DNA of 32,000 nt, from contig JADGQF010000006.1 of assembly GCA_017882045.1 (NCBI GenBank), forward strand, positions 13,887 to 45,886. Reading direction: 5' to 3'. The notes beneath the pieces are model-generated. The model searched no databases and had not been told where the DNA came from. It worked only from the letters and a program-made list of their open reading frames with translations. The DNA is from Anaerolineales bacterium (GTDB lineage: Bacteria; Chloroflexota; Anaerolineae; CG2-30-64-16). Shown here piece after piece: positions 1 to 8,875 of the stretch (its first letter is position 1; each line of letters opens with the position of its first letter). The translations under genes and the position numbers were made by a program.

Positions 1-105
1 CAAATGTTCGTGTCGCGGCACAGTTTTACCCGTTGCACCCCACTTTCTGGTATAATAAATGCTCGATCTGTGATAACAGGCGTCTGCGTCTGTCGAAAGG
101 ACACC

Positions 106-1143
106 ATGGCTGAACGTCCGATCTCGCCCCACAGTCGCCCCGAGGAAGTGGTGGTGGATGCCGCGCTGCGCCCGCGTTCCTTGACCGAGATGATCGGCCA
201 GGACCGTCTGCGCGAAAACCTGAGCATCCTCATCCAGGCGGCGCGTGCGCGCGGTGAGGCGCTGGACCACGTCTTGCTTTACGGGCCGCCCGGGCTCGGC
301 AAAACGTCCCTGGCCCACGTCATCAGCAATGAGATGGGTACGGGGCTGAAGGTTACCGCCGGACCGGCAGTGGAACGCGCTGGCGATCTGGCTGCCATCC
401 TCACGAACTTGCACCAGGGTGACATCCTCTTCATCGATGAGGTACACCGCCTGGGACGGGCCGTCGAGGAAGTGCTCTACCCGGCGATGGAGGATTATGC
501 GCTGGATATCGTGATCGGCAAGGGTCCCAGCGCGCGCAATATCCGCCTTAAGCTGCCGCGTTTCACGATTATCGGCGCCACCACTCGCCTGGCCCTGATG
601 ACCGCTCCGCTGCGCGCCCGCTTCGGAGCCGTTTACCGTTTCGACTTCTACGAGCCGGAAGCCATGGAGAAGATCGTGCGCCGAGCGGCCGGCTTGCTGC
701 AGGTGCCGATCACGCCCGAGGGAGTAGCTGAGATCGCACGGCGCGGGCGAGGCACGCCACGCGTCGGTCTGCGGCTGTTGAGGAGGGTGCGTGATTATGC
801 CCAGGTCAAGGCCGAGGGGACCATCAACACCGATGTAGCGCGCGAGGCGCTGACGCTGATGGAAGTGGATGAACTGGGGCTCGATACCCTGGACCGGCAG
901 GTGTTGGGGCGCATCATCCGCAACTTCGACGGTGGACCGGTGGGCCTGGAAACCATCGCCGCGGCCATCTCTGAAGAGCCGGACACGATCATGGATGTGG
1001 TAGAACCCTACCTTCTCCAGTTGGGCTTCCTTGACCGCACGCCACGCGGCCGGGTGGCCACACGCCGCGCTTATGAACACCTGGGCCAGCCATACCCCGA
1101 GCGCGATGACCAGCCAGGACTTTTCGATCGTGAAAACCAGTGA
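106..1143 (+). CDS. ruvB: Holliday junction branch-migration ATPase RuvB
   Basis: ORF 4..1143. Walker [10 protein letters not shown], Walker B ILFIDEVH and a RuvB-type C-terminal region ([17 protein letters not shown]). ATG at 106 is preceded by GAAAGGA (95-101). The 34 residues before it look non-coding. Confidence 0.93.
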   Translation: MAERPISPHSRPEEVVVDAALRPRSLTEMIGQDRLRENLSILIQAARARGEALDHVLLYGPPGLGKTSLAHVISNEMGTGLKVTAGPAVERAGDLAAILTNLHQGDILFIDEVHRLGRAVEEVLYPAMEDYALDIVIGKGPSARNIRLKLPRFTIIGATTRLALMTAPLRARFGAVYRFDFYEPEAMEKIVRRAAGLLQVPITPEGVAEIARRGRGTPRVGLRLLRRVRDYAQVKAEGTINTDVAREALTLMEVDELGLDTLDRQVLGRIIRNFDGGPVGLETIAAAISEEPDTIMDVVEPYLLQLGFLDRTPRGRVATRRAYEHLGQPYPERDDQPGLFDRENQ

Positions 1144-2299
1144 TTTCGATTACGATCTGCCCCCCGACCTGATCGCGCAAACGCCCAGCGAACGCCGGGA
1201 TGAATCCCGGCTGCTGGTGGTGAACCGCGAGAGCGGGGAAATCACGCACCGGCGCTTTCGAGACCTGCCGTCATACCTGCGCGCGGGTGACTTGCTGGCC
1301 GGCAATGACAGCCGGGTTATTCCCGCGCGCTTGCACGGCGTCAAGCCGACAGGCGGGCAGGTGGAGCTGTTTCTGTTGCGGCCGGCAGGCGGTCAGACCG
1401 GCGGCCAGACCGGCGGGAGCGAAGCAGGTCGGGAACCCGCTGAGGCCAGGGCGAATTCACAGCCGGCCAGTTCGCTGGACGTGTGGGAATGCCTGGTCGG
1501 CGGCAAAGGGCTGCGGCCCGGCGTGCAGGTGCAAGTCAGTGGGGATGGACGCCGGCAGTCGCAGGAACAGATCACGGCCACCATCTTGGCGGAGACGCAG
1601 GCCGGCGGGCGCCTGGTGGGTTTTCATCCCCCGGTAGCAGATTGGCTGTGGGACGTAGGTGAGGTGCCGCTGCCGCCCTATATTCATGCCGCGCTATCCG
1701 ACCCCGAGCGCTACCAGACCATATACAGCCGCATTGAGGGATCGGTCGCTTCCAGCACGGCCGGGTTGCACTTCACGCCGGAGCTATTGCTGAAACTGCG
1801 CGAGCTGGGCGTCCGTTTCGGCACGGTAACCTTGCACATTGGCATCGACACGTTCCGGCCGGTGCAGGAAGAAGAGATCGAGAAGCACCAGATTCACCGG
1901 GAGTGGCTGCAATTGACCGCCGAGACGGCGCGCACGGTCAACGAGACCCGGCTGGCCGGCGGGCGGGTCATCGCCATCGGCACCACAGTGGTACGCGTGC
2001 TGGAAAGTGCGGCCAAGGTCGCGCTGGGTTACAAGCCCGGGGATGAGGCGCCGCCTGACAGTGTATGTGGCTGGCAGACGGTCGTCGCCTTTAGTGGGGA
2101 GACGGACCTCTACATTCGCCCCGGCTACCGGTTCCGGGCGGTCGACGCGATGATCACCAATTTCCACCTGCCCCGTTCCACGCTGCTCATGCTGGTGAGC
2201 GCGTTTGCGGGAAAAGACCTGATCGACAGAACTTACGCTGAGGCGATACGCGAACGCTACCGGTTCTACAGCTTCGGCGACGTCATGCTGATCCTATAG
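1106..2299 (+). CDS. queA: S-adenosylmethionine:tRNA ribosyltransferase-isomerase QueA
   Basis: ORF 1031..2299. [16 protein letters not shown] near the N-terminus, [17 protein letters not shown], and C-terminal [11 protein letters not shown]. Start is ambiguous: ATG 1106 or GTG 1130 (which gives VKTSDFDY, the usual QueA N-terminus). Both overlap the ruvB 3' end. Confidence 0.9.
   Translation: MTSQDFSIVKTSDFDYDLPPDLIAQTPSERRDESRLLVVNRESGEITHRRFRDLPSYLRAGDLLAGNDSRVIPARLHGVKPTGGQVELFLLRPAGGQTGGQTGGSEAGREPAEARANSQPASSLDVWECLVGGKGLRPGVQVQVSGDGRRQSQEQITATILAETQAGGRLVGFHPPVADWLWDVGEVPLPPYIHAALSDPERYQTIYSRIEGSVASSTAGLHFTPELLLKLRELGVRFGTVTLHIGIDTFRPVQEEEIEKHQIHREWLQLTAETARTVNETRLAGGRVIAIGTTVVRVLESAAKVALGYKPGDEAPPDSVCGWQTVVAFSGETDLYIRPGYRFRAVDAMITNFHLPRSTLLMLVSAFAGKDLIDRTYAEAIRERYRFYSFGDVMLIL
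1388..1417 (+). repeat. In-frame 12-nt tandem repeat (2.5 copies) inside queA, encoding [10 protein letters not shown]
   Basis: ggcggtcagacc / ggcggccagacc / ggcggg read directly. It lies in a low-complexity insertion ([29 protein letters not shown]) of QueA. Confidence 0.7.
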
Positions 2300-2309
2300 A
2301 TATTGAAGC

Positions 2310-3089
2310 TTAGTTTGCGTTGCCCCGGTTGATCTCCGCCAGCGCCCATTGCGCCTTACTGCGCACGTCCGGGTTGGCATCAACCACGGCCAGTTGCACA
2401 GCAGCGCCGGCCTTCGGGCTGCCGATGAAGCCAAGTACGGTGGCCGCATTCTGCCGGCTAAGGGCATTGCTGCTGGAATCCAGGGCCAGGGCCGGAACCG
2501 CCGGCTCGCCGATCTTTTCCAGGGCCGCCATCGTAACCTGGTTCACCGATGCCTGGGGAGTACCCAGCGCGCCGGTCAGAGCCTGCGCAGCGGCCGAGTT
2601 TCCGATCGTAGCCAGTGCATCGGCGGCGCTGCGCTGAACCAACACGTTCGGGTCCCGCAGCAGTAGGGCCAGCTCACTCACAGCTTTGGCATCGTGGGCC
2701 TGCCCGAGGGCCAGCGCCGCCCGCCAGCGCACATCCGGGTTAGAGTTGCGCAAGGCGCTACGGAGGCTGGCCAGATCGTTCGGGCCGGCCATTTCAGCGA
2801 GTGCCTGGGCCACGTAGAGGCCAACCGCTTGATCAGGGTCTGCCTGTTGGCCGAGCAGAGCCGGCACGGCGGCACGGTCCCGCAGCACGCGCAGCGCCTT
2901 GACGGCATAGGCGCGGTCAATCGCGCTAGGGCTGGAAAGACCGGTAATGGCCGAGCGGGTAGCATCGGGCAAAAAAGGCCGAGCCGCACGGGTGGTCCAG
3001 AAACCACGGGCAGCAAAACCGGCCAGGACAACGGTCACGATCAGTAGAATCGAAAGAGCACGGCGTCGAAGGATGTCTGGCAGTTGCAT
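2310..3089 (-). CDS. Membrane-anchored HEAT-repeat (PBS-lyase-like) protein
   Basis: N-terminal hydrophobic anchor LSILLIVTVVLAGFAA, then repeated DPxxxVRxxAAxALGxxG-type units (DPDVRWRAALALGQAHD, DPNVLVQRSAADALATIGN, NPDVRSKAQWALAEI). ATG at 3089 with GAGGT 5 nt upstream. Confidence 0.8.
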   Translation of the reverse strand: MQLPDILRRRALSILLIVTVVLAGFAARGFWTTRAARPFLPDATRSAITGLSSPSAIDRAYAVKALRVLRDRAAVPALLGQQADPDQAVGLYVAQALAEMAGPNDLASLRSALRNSNPDVRWRAALALGQAHDAKAVSELALLLRDPNVLVQRSAADALATIGNSAAAQALTGALGTPQASVNQVTMAALEKIGEPAVPALALDSSSNALSRQNAATVLGFIGSPKAGAAVQLAVVDANPDVRSKAQWALAEINRGNAN

Positions 3090-3185
3090 CGTTTACCTCG
3101 GGAACAATTCCTTTACTGAATCAAACCAACATCCTATAGGCGCCGCTCAGCCGGAAAAGGTTTCATTTTCTGAGGGAAGATGACG

Positions 3186-3225
3186 CGTACGCACCTGCCG
3201 TTGGCAGGCGGTCGCCGTGCGTACG
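3186..3225 (-). other. Compound stem-loop between the hypothetical gene and the HEAT gene
   Basis: CGTACGCAC (3186-3194) is the reverse complement of GTGCGTACG (3217-3225). Inner pairing is CTGCC-gtt-GGCAG. No clean U-tract follows on the - strand (tcatcttccctc). Confidence 0.3.
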
Positions 3226-3238
3226 AAGGGGGGCGATC

Positions 3239-3886
3239 TTAGCGGCGGGTCACGCGATGCGCGAGCCAATCGCCCAGCCCGGACAGATCCTCGGTGGGCA
3301 AGTAGTGCCCGGCATGCGCGTCAAAGAGGATGCGCGCCCGGGCCGGGAACTCTTCGTCCCCTTCCCAGAGCAGGACGGCCAGCTCCAGGCGGGGGAGGGC
3401 CTGGAAACGGAAACTGGCATCGGCCAGGTCAAGGGGTTGGCCGCCCAGGGCGGCCGCAGCCGCGCGGAACGCAGCCAGGTCCTGGCCATAACGCTGGGCG
3501 AGCACTGCCTCTTCATGGCCGGCGAACGCCTGAGCATAGAAAAGACCGTCCGGCAGCTCACGGAAGGTCACCCAGCGGTCGGCGGCGGGTGTGCCATCGG
3601 CAGTCAGCAAGTAATGAATGAGCGCGATCGCCACCGATGGATGGGCTGGTTTAGCGGCCGCCAACGCAGCGCTCATATCGGCGGGCGTGTCCGGGCCGAG
3701 AAAGAGCACATCACCCGCCGGGTGGGTGACCAGGTGCCAGGCGCGGAAAAAAGGCAAGACGATGCCCTGCGGGCTGAGCACGCAACCGGACAGCCCGGCG
3801 GACAGCCCAGGGTCGGCGGCCGCCCAGTCAGCGCGGGCACGTTCAAGAGCGATCTGGAAGCGACGGTGTGGATCGGGTTGGGTCAT
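3239..3886 (-). CDS. Hypothetical protein (tentatively DUF3786-like; family assignment unverified)
   Basis: 215-aa ORF with protein-like composition, ATG at 3886 and no obvious SD. The N-terminal pattern (ALERARADWAAADPGLSAGLSGCVL...IVLPFF...HLVTHPAGDV) resembles, from memory only, a family often found beside corrinoid/acetyl-CoA pathway genes. Confidence 0.6.
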   Translation of the reverse strand: MTQPDPHRRFQIALERARADWAAADPGLSAGLSGCVLSPQGIVLPFFRAWHLVTHPAGDVLFLGPDTPADMSAALAAAKPAHPSVAIALIHYLLTADGTPAADRWVTFRELPDGLFYAQAFAGHEEAVLAQRYGQDLAAFRAAAAALGGQPLDLADASFRFQALPRLELAVLLWEGDEEFPARARILFDAHAGHYLPTEDLSGLGDWLAHRVTRR

Positions 3887-3912
3887 GGTGGGGTTAGTGC
3901 GTCAGGTGGGCC

Positions 3913-3975
3913 GCGTGCTGCGTGAGGGATGGTAGGACAGGGTCGTTGTCAACAACCAACCCTCACGCAGCACGC
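3913..3975 (-). repeat. 16-bp perfect inverted repeat (long hairpin) between the acyl-CoA dehydrogenase and the downstream gene
   Basis: GCGTGCTGCGTGAGGG (3913-3928) versus CCCTCACGCAGCACGC (3960-3975), with a 31-nt spacer holding an inner GTTG-tcaa-CAAC pairing. Starts 8 nt after the ACAD stop. No U-tract. Confidence 0.6.
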
Positions 3976-3982
3976 AGCGGAC

Positions 3983-5182
3983 TTACTGCTTGTACTCTTC
4001 GCCGATCAGCTCACGTGCGATGATCATGCGCATGATGTTCATGGCGCCCTCGGCGCCAATGGAGTAGGAGCGCACGCCTCGGATGCCCATTTCGATGGGA
4101 TACTCTTTGGTATAGCCCATCGCGCCCAGCCAGTTGGCCACCTCGTTCAAGGTCTCAAAGGCCATCACGGGCGCCCGCAGCTTGGCCATAGCCGCCGCCA
4201 GGGCCACTTCCTTATGCTTGTAGGCATTGCGGGTATACATTTCGTCGGCCATCCAGGCCGCTTTGTAGGTCAGCAGGCGGGCGGTCTCGATATCGGTCGA
4301 GCGTTCGGCGGCCGGGAATGAGATGCCCTGGTAAGAAGCCAGCGGATGGCCGAAGGACTGGCGTTGCTTGATGTAACTCACGCCCATCTGCAGCCCGGCA
4401 TCCGCGGCCCCGACGCAGGTCGCGCCGATGAGGATGCGGGCGAAGGTGAAGCCCTCCATAGCATAGTAGAAGCCGCGGTTAGCCTCGCCGATGCGGTTTT
4501 TGTCCGAGAGCTGCAGGTTTTCCATGTTGAAGCCACCGGTCGAGATACCCTGGCGTCCCCAATCTTCAACCAGCGTGGTGGTAACAAACGGATTATCTTT
4601 GAGCGGTACCGCAAAGAAAGTGAAACCACGGTGCGCCGCGCTGGGATCGGTGCGTACGAGAGTCATGTGACAACCGCCCATTTTGAGTTCTTCGCGGATG
4701 CCGCTGATATACATTTTCTCGCCGTTGAGGAGCCAACCACCGTCCTTCTGCTCGGCTTTACAGCGCGTGGCGCCGGAAATGTCGGAGCCGCCGCCCGGCT
4801 CGGTCGCCGCAATGCCCAGGAAAGACTTGCCGGCGGTGACCCCAGGCAAGATTTCCTTCTTCAGCTCCGGCGAGGCGTAGCGATCGAAAATGAAACCCCA
4901 GGCGGCCTCGACGAGGTATAGCACCGGCAAGGCCAGGCTGATCTCGGCCCGCCCCAGTTCTTCGGCGGCGATGGCGGCCATCGTCACACCCATGCCCATA
5001 CCGCCGTATTCCTCAGAGACCGTCGGCGCCAAGAGCCCCATCTCGGCCAGGTCGTGAATGGTCTCATCCGGGATGTGGCCGGTGCTGTCGATCTCCCGCG
5101 AGCGAGGCGTGATCTTCTTCTGCGCGAAATCCCGCACAGTGCGGCGCCACATCTGTTCTTCTTTGCTCCAACCGAAGTTCAT
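3983..5182 (-). CDS. Acyl-CoA dehydrogenase family flavoprotein
   Basis: 399 aa with full-length ACAD architecture: N-terminal helical part (EEQMWRRTVRDFAQKKITPRSREID), mid beta-domain (ATEPGGGSD), and C-terminal helical domain with a catalytic-base region (IGAEGAMNIMRMIIAREL). AGGAGG lies upstream of ATG 5182. Confidence 0.9.
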   Translation of the reverse strand: MNFGWSKEEQMWRRTVRDFAQKKITPRSREIDSTGHIPDETIHDLAEMGLLAPTVSEEYGGMGMGVTMAAIAAEELGRAEISLALPVLYLVEAAWGFIFDRYASPELKKEILPGVTAGKSFLGIAATEPGGGSDISGATRCKAEQKDGGWLLNGEKMYISGIREELKMGGCHMTLVRTDPSAAHRGFTFFAVPLKDNPFVTTTLVEDWGRQGISTGGFNMENLQLSDKNRIGEANRGFYYAMEGFTFARILIGATCVGAADAGLQMGVSYIKQRQSFGHPLASYQGISFPAAERSTDIETARLLTYKAAWMADEMYTRNAYKHKEVALAAAMAKLRAPVMAFETLNEVANWLGAMGYTKEYPIEMGIRGVRSYSIGAEGAMNIMRMIIARELIGEEYKQ

Positions 5183-5221
5183 GTACTTCCTCCTTGAAGT
5201 GGGATAGGGACGTGATGCGTC

Positions 5222-5641
5222 TCAGGTGTCGCTGTTTTCGTCACTTACCAGGGCGCGCGCCAGGTCGCAGGTCGTGATGATGCCCACCAGCGCGTGCTCT
5301 TCGATCACGGGCGCGTTCTGGATGTTAGTGTTAGCAAAGAATTGGGCGATGAACGGCAATCGCAAGTTAGGGTTGACCACGATTAGCGGCTTGACCATGA
5401 TGTCGCCGACACGTACGCGCATGGGCTCCAGTGACTTGGTCATAACCCGGTAGGCAACTTCCTGGTACGTAAGAATGCCGTAAGCATCGCTCTCGTCCGC
5501 GCGGTCCACAATGACCACCTGGCAGCCGTGCCCAATCATCTTCTGCACGGCCTCATAGACTGTCGACAGCGGCGAAACCATGACGATGTCGGGATTCATG
5601 ATCTCACGCGCTCGCAGTGAATAGATGCGATGGCTTTCCAC
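5222..5641 (-). CDS. CBS-pair domain protein
   Basis: 139 aa, two CBS motifs (AREIMNPDIVMVSPLSTVYEAVQKM...VVIVD and VGDIMVKPLIVVNP...NAPVIEEHALVGIITTCDLARAL). GTG start at 5641 with GGAG 8 nt upstream. Confidence 0.85.
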   Translation of the reverse strand: MESHRIYSLRAREIMNPDIVMVSPLSTVYEAVQKMIGHGCQVVIVDRADESDAYGILTYQEVAYRVMTKSLEPMRVRVGDIMVKPLIVVNPNLRLPFIAQFFANTNIQNAPVIEEHALVGIITTCDLARALVSDENSDT

Positions 5642-5718
5642 AGATCACGCTCCGGGTCACATCGGCAAAACCTGGCGGATAGACCTAGCTGGGCCACAAC
5701 CTCGGCCTACGCCTTATT

Positions 5719-6021
5719 CTACCATAAATCGGGATGCCAGCGGCAAACCTGGGCATGGGTGATCACCCGGAAGCCAAGTTTCCCGAGGATCGGACGACTC
5801 AGGTCGCCGGCATCCACCGTCAGCAAACGAAAGTCACGCCGGATGACTTCATCTACATCCGCTTCGCCCAGGTTGGACCAGATGATGCAGCCGTCCCCTT
5901 TTTGCCCAGGCGCCGGCGCCTGGCGCACGACTCCGGTCTCAATCTCGCGGACCAATCCGAAATACTCGACTTCACGCCGTTGCTGCCAATCGAACAGCTC
6001 GAGGAGTTCCTCGACATTCAT
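5719..6021 (-). CDS. Small hypothetical protein (100 aa), possibly a truncated gene remnant
   Basis: ATG at 6021. The sequence pattern (..GVVRQAPAPG..GCIIWSNLGEADVDEVIRR..DLSRPILGKLGF) resembles, from memory, the N-terminal part of longer acetyltransferase-associated proteins. Only 77 nt remain before the next gene. Confidence 0.4.
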   Translation of the reverse strand: MNVEELLELFDWQQRREVEYFGLVREIETGVVRQAPAPGQKGDGCIIWSNLGEADVDEVIRRDFRLLTVDAGDLSRPILGKLGFRVITHAQVCRWHPDLW

Positions 6022-6117
6022 GCCTCAGCAACCCTTCTCGAAAGATGCCGCAGATGCCGCCCTCTTGCCGATGGACAGCAGTACGCAGGACACCGGCCTA
6101 CCTCCAGACAGCACGAA

Positions 6118-6146
6118 ACCCGAAGGGCGCCGGTCACCCTTCGGGT
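6118..6146 (-). terminator. Putative intrinsic terminator after the LysM gene
   Basis: ACCCGAAGGG (6118-6127) pairs with CCCTTCGGGT (6137-6146) across a 9-nt loop. On the - strand it is followed by TTCGTGCTGTCT, a partial U-tract. Confidence 0.45.
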
Positions 6147-6194
6147 CCGCAAACCTTAGGCCAGACGAATCAAGGTAATGAGCGAGGATGCCTA

Positions 6195-7091
6195 TCAGAC
6201 ACCCTTGCCGCCGAGCAGGTTCTCCAGCGGCGTGCCGTTGATGAACACCTGCACCTTCTGCACCGACGAGAACTGGTGGCCGAGCGCGTCGAACTGCGCG
6301 GCAACACGCGGATCATCGCACTCGCCGCCCAGGCTAAGCTTCCCGGTCAGCTTGATGATCGCCAAACCGTTGTTGATCGTCACGCTCTGCACGGCCAGGT
6401 AGGCATTGTAGAGCGGGTCATAGAGGCCCGATTGGCCGTAGAACCGGTCATGGATTGAGAGCAACTGCTGGACGGCTGCGGTCAGCGGCGCGATCGTCGC
6501 CGATACATTACGGGTCACCATCACCACTGTGTCGCCACAGCCCACGGGACCGTTGGTACTCATAGCGATCAGAGGGACCTGCACTCTGGTGAAGCTCGGC
6601 GGCCCGGGTGGCGTAGGCGGCTCCGGCGTGACGGGCAGCTTGATGACCTGTCCCGGGTAAATACGGTTAGGGTTCCCGATGAGCGGGTTGGCCTTCATCA
6701 GCGCCGCGACGGTCGTGTGGAACCGGTACGCAATCGTTCCCAGCGTATCGCCGCGCTTGACTACGTACGTGGCCGGTCCGGGAGCCGGAGGCGGCGGCGG
6801 CGTGCCGCCCGGGATGTTAAGCCTCTGGCCGGCGAATATGCGGTTCGGGTTGGTGATGCCCGGGTTGGAGTCCAACAGCGCCAGGATGGTAATGCCGCAG
6901 CGCATCGCGATTGTGTTCAGCGAATCGCCCCATTTAACCGTGTAAACGGGACCACAGTCCGTGGGCGCCATAGAAGCAGGCGCTAGAGAAGCGGGAACCG
7001 GGCCAGCGGGCGTTGAGGACGCGATTGCCGGGGCGGCGCCCAGTGTCAGGAGCATGATGCCGACGACGAGCAAGATACGTAGTTGCTTCAC
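6195..7091 (-). CDS. Secreted LysM-LysM-GerMN-like peptidoglycan-binding protein
   Basis: Signal peptide MKQLRILLVVGIMLLTLGAAPAIASS. Two LysM repeats (YTVKWGDSLNTIAMRCG...GQRLNIP and YVVKRGDTLGTIAYRFH...GQVIKLP) separated by Pro-rich linkers. C-terminal ~130 aa are GerMN-like. GTG start with AGGAGG 9 nt upstream. Confidence 0.85.
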   Translation of the reverse strand: MKQLRILLVVGIMLLTLGAAPAIASSTPAGPVPASLAPASMAPTDCGPVYTVKWGDSLNTIAMRCGITILALLDSNPGITNPNRIFAGQRLNIPGGTPPPPPAPGPATYVVKRGDTLGTIAYRFHTTVAALMKANPLIGNPNRIYPGQVIKLPVTPEPPTPPGPPSFTRVQVPLIAMSTNGPVGCGDTVVMVTRNVSATIAPLTAAVQQLLSIHDRFYGQSGLYDPLYNAYLAVQSVTINNGLAIIKLTGKLSLGGECDDPRVAAQFDALGHQFSSVQKVQVFINGTPLENLLGGKGV

Positions 7092-7237
7092 GGTGCTCTC
7101 CCTCCTGGTCTATCAAAGAGACCTACCAGAGAATATAGCATATCACTTAATGGGCCTGTATCAATAGCCGTTTTGGGCGACCACATAGTTCCGCGGACAT
7201 TCAGCGGAATCAGCGATGAGTCTAACATTAATAAGAG

Positions 7238-7268
7238 AACGGGCGCCACTCAGCCAAGGGCGCCCGTT
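7238..7268 (-). terminator. Putative intrinsic terminator ending the Wood-Ljungdahl gene string (after metF)
   Basis: AACGGGCGCC (7238-7247) pairs with GGCGCCCGTT (7259-7268) across an 11-nt loop. On the - strand it is followed by CTCTTATTAATGTT. The + strand side is also T-rich, so it may act in both directions. Confidence 0.5.
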
Positions 7269-7328
7269 CGATCTTTCCTGATATTCGTTCGAAGCCGGTC
7301 AGGCGAGCGAAGATGGACTCGGCGAAGG

Positions 7329-8312
7329 TCAGACCACCGGTCGCGGGAACAGACCCAGGTTCTTGACCACCTGCGGGACGGCATCCGGCCAGTTCACGGC
7401 CATGACGTGCAGGCCGCGGACGCCTTCAATCTCGCGCACCTGGTTGGCGACCTCGCAGCACAGGTCCAATCCGGCCTTGGCCTGATCTTCTTTCGAGAGC
7501 GGGCTCAGCCGGTCAATGATTGACTGCGGAATCTCGACGCCTGCCACTTCGTTGGCCATGAACTCGGCCACTTTCAGCGACTTGATCGGGCCCACGCCGG
7601 CCAGGATCGCCACCTGCTCGTGCAGACCCAGGTCCACGACGCGCTTCATGAACTCGCGGAAGCGGTCCACATTGAAGATGAGTTGCGTCTGGATGAACTG
7701 GGCCCCGGCGACGATCTTCTTCGCCACCCGCATTGGCCGGTATTCGAAAGGCGGAGCGAATGGATTCTCGACTGCGCCAATGAAGAAGTCGGGCGCAAGC
7801 TTCGGGATGTTCTTGCCGTTCTCGAAAACCCGCCAGTCGCGCATCATGCGCGCCATGCGGATCAGGTTAACGGAGTCCATGTCATAGACGCTTTTGCACT
7901 GTGGGTGATCGCCCCAAATGGGATGGTCACCGGTCAGGCAGAGTATGTGGTTGATGCCGAAGGCTGCCGCGCCGAGCATGTCGGCCTGCAGACCCAGGCG
8001 ATTGCGGTCGCGGCAGGTGAATTGCACGATCGGTTCCAGGCCGGCCTGCTTGAGCATGATGCTGACCGCCAGGCTGGACATGTGCACGGTCGCCGACTGG
8101 TTATCAGTCACGTTGTAGGCGTCGCCGTAGCCTTTGAGCAGGTTAATCTGTTTCTGCACAGCTTCAGCGTTGGGACCAACCGGCGGCGAGACCTCGACGC
8201 AGACTGCAAAGTGGCCGGCAGCCAGCACCTTCGCCAGATTAGCATTGGCTCCGGTCAAGCCGGTGTTGACGGGCGGCGCGGGAGGAACGGGAGTCGGGAT
8301 AACGCCGTTCAT
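7329..8312 (-). CDS. metF: Methylenetetrahydrofolate reductase, acetogen-type catalytic subunit MetF
   Basis: 327 aa. MTHFR TIM-barrel signatures (FAVCVEVSPPVG, VTDNQSATVHMSSL, QFTCRDRNRLGLQADMLGA, ILCLTGDHP). ATG 8312 overlaps the metV stop (ATGA). Confidence 0.92.
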   Translation of the reverse strand: MNGVIPTPVPPAPPVNTGLTGANANLAKVLAAGHFAVCVEVSPPVGPNAEAVQKQINLLKGYGDAYNVTDNQSATVHMSSLAVSIMLKQAGLEPIVQFTCRDRNRLGLQADMLGAAAFGINHILCLTGDHPIWGDHPQCKSVYDMDSVNLIRMARMMRDWRVFENGKNIPKLAPDFFIGAVENPFAPPFEYRPMRVAKKIVAGAQFIQTQLIFNVDRFREFMKRVVDLGLHEQVAILAGVGPIKSLKVAEFMANEVAGVEIPQSIIDRLSPLSKEDQAKAGLDLCCEVANQVREIEGVRGLHVMAVNWPDAVPQVVKNLGLFPRPVV

Positions 8313-8845
8313 TTCTCCTCCTTCGGCGCCGCGGGAGCCGGTTTTCTGCCCGTTCTTACGGCTTCAGTGGCGTAGCGGATGCCGTTCTCAGCGCCCGTCG
8401 TGATCTGGTCGCGCCCCATGGCGAACGTCACCCAGGAAGCCAGGCCATCCAGACGCCAGTCGACCGGCGGGTTGAGCCGGTAGAATTCGTGAGCGTATCG
8501 AGTTTTGCGCGAGCGCTCGTAGCCTTTGACCCACACGCAGTCCATCTCCGGCTTGACCTCGCACTTGCCGTTCAGACGCACCCCGCCACACGGACCGTTA
8601 CGCAACTGCTTGGGACAGTTCATCGGGCAGGTCATGCCATTGTAATGCAGGATGCACTGGGCACAATCCTGGCAATTGAAGATCGAGCCTTTGAAGATTT
8701 CCTCGGGCAACTTCACGATGGCGGACGACCGCTCCATCCCCAGGCGTTCGAACAGAGGCCGCATACGCGGTAGTATTTTCTCGGCGAGTTGCCAGGCCCA
8801 AACGAGAGGTGCGGGATGGTCCTGTAGATATGTACGTATTGACAT
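8309..8845 (-). CDS. metV: MetV, Cys-rich MTHFR-associated subunit (MTHFR C-terminal-like domain)
   Basis: 178 aa with CQDCAQCILHYNGMTCPMNCPKQLRNGPCGG, the signature of the MetV partner of acetogen MetF. Translationally coupled to metF. Confidence 0.88.
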   Translation of the reverse strand: MSIRTYLQDHPAPLVWAWQLAEKILPRMRPLFERLGMERSSAIVKLPEEIFKGSIFNCQDCAQCILHYNGMTCPMNCPKQLRNGPCGGVRLNGKCEVKPEMDCVWVKGYERSRKTRYAHEFYRLNPPVDWRLDGLASWVTFAMGRDQITTGAENGIRYATEAVRTGRKPAPAAPKEEK

Positions 8846-8875
8846 GGGTTTCGTCCTTCGTCTATTTAGTCGCCC

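Noticed and set aside
4-105. N-terminal extension of ruvB from the ORF-track start
   Set aside because: The extension ([34 protein letters not shown]) is not RuvB-like. ATG 106 has an SD and gives a normal RuvB N-terminus.
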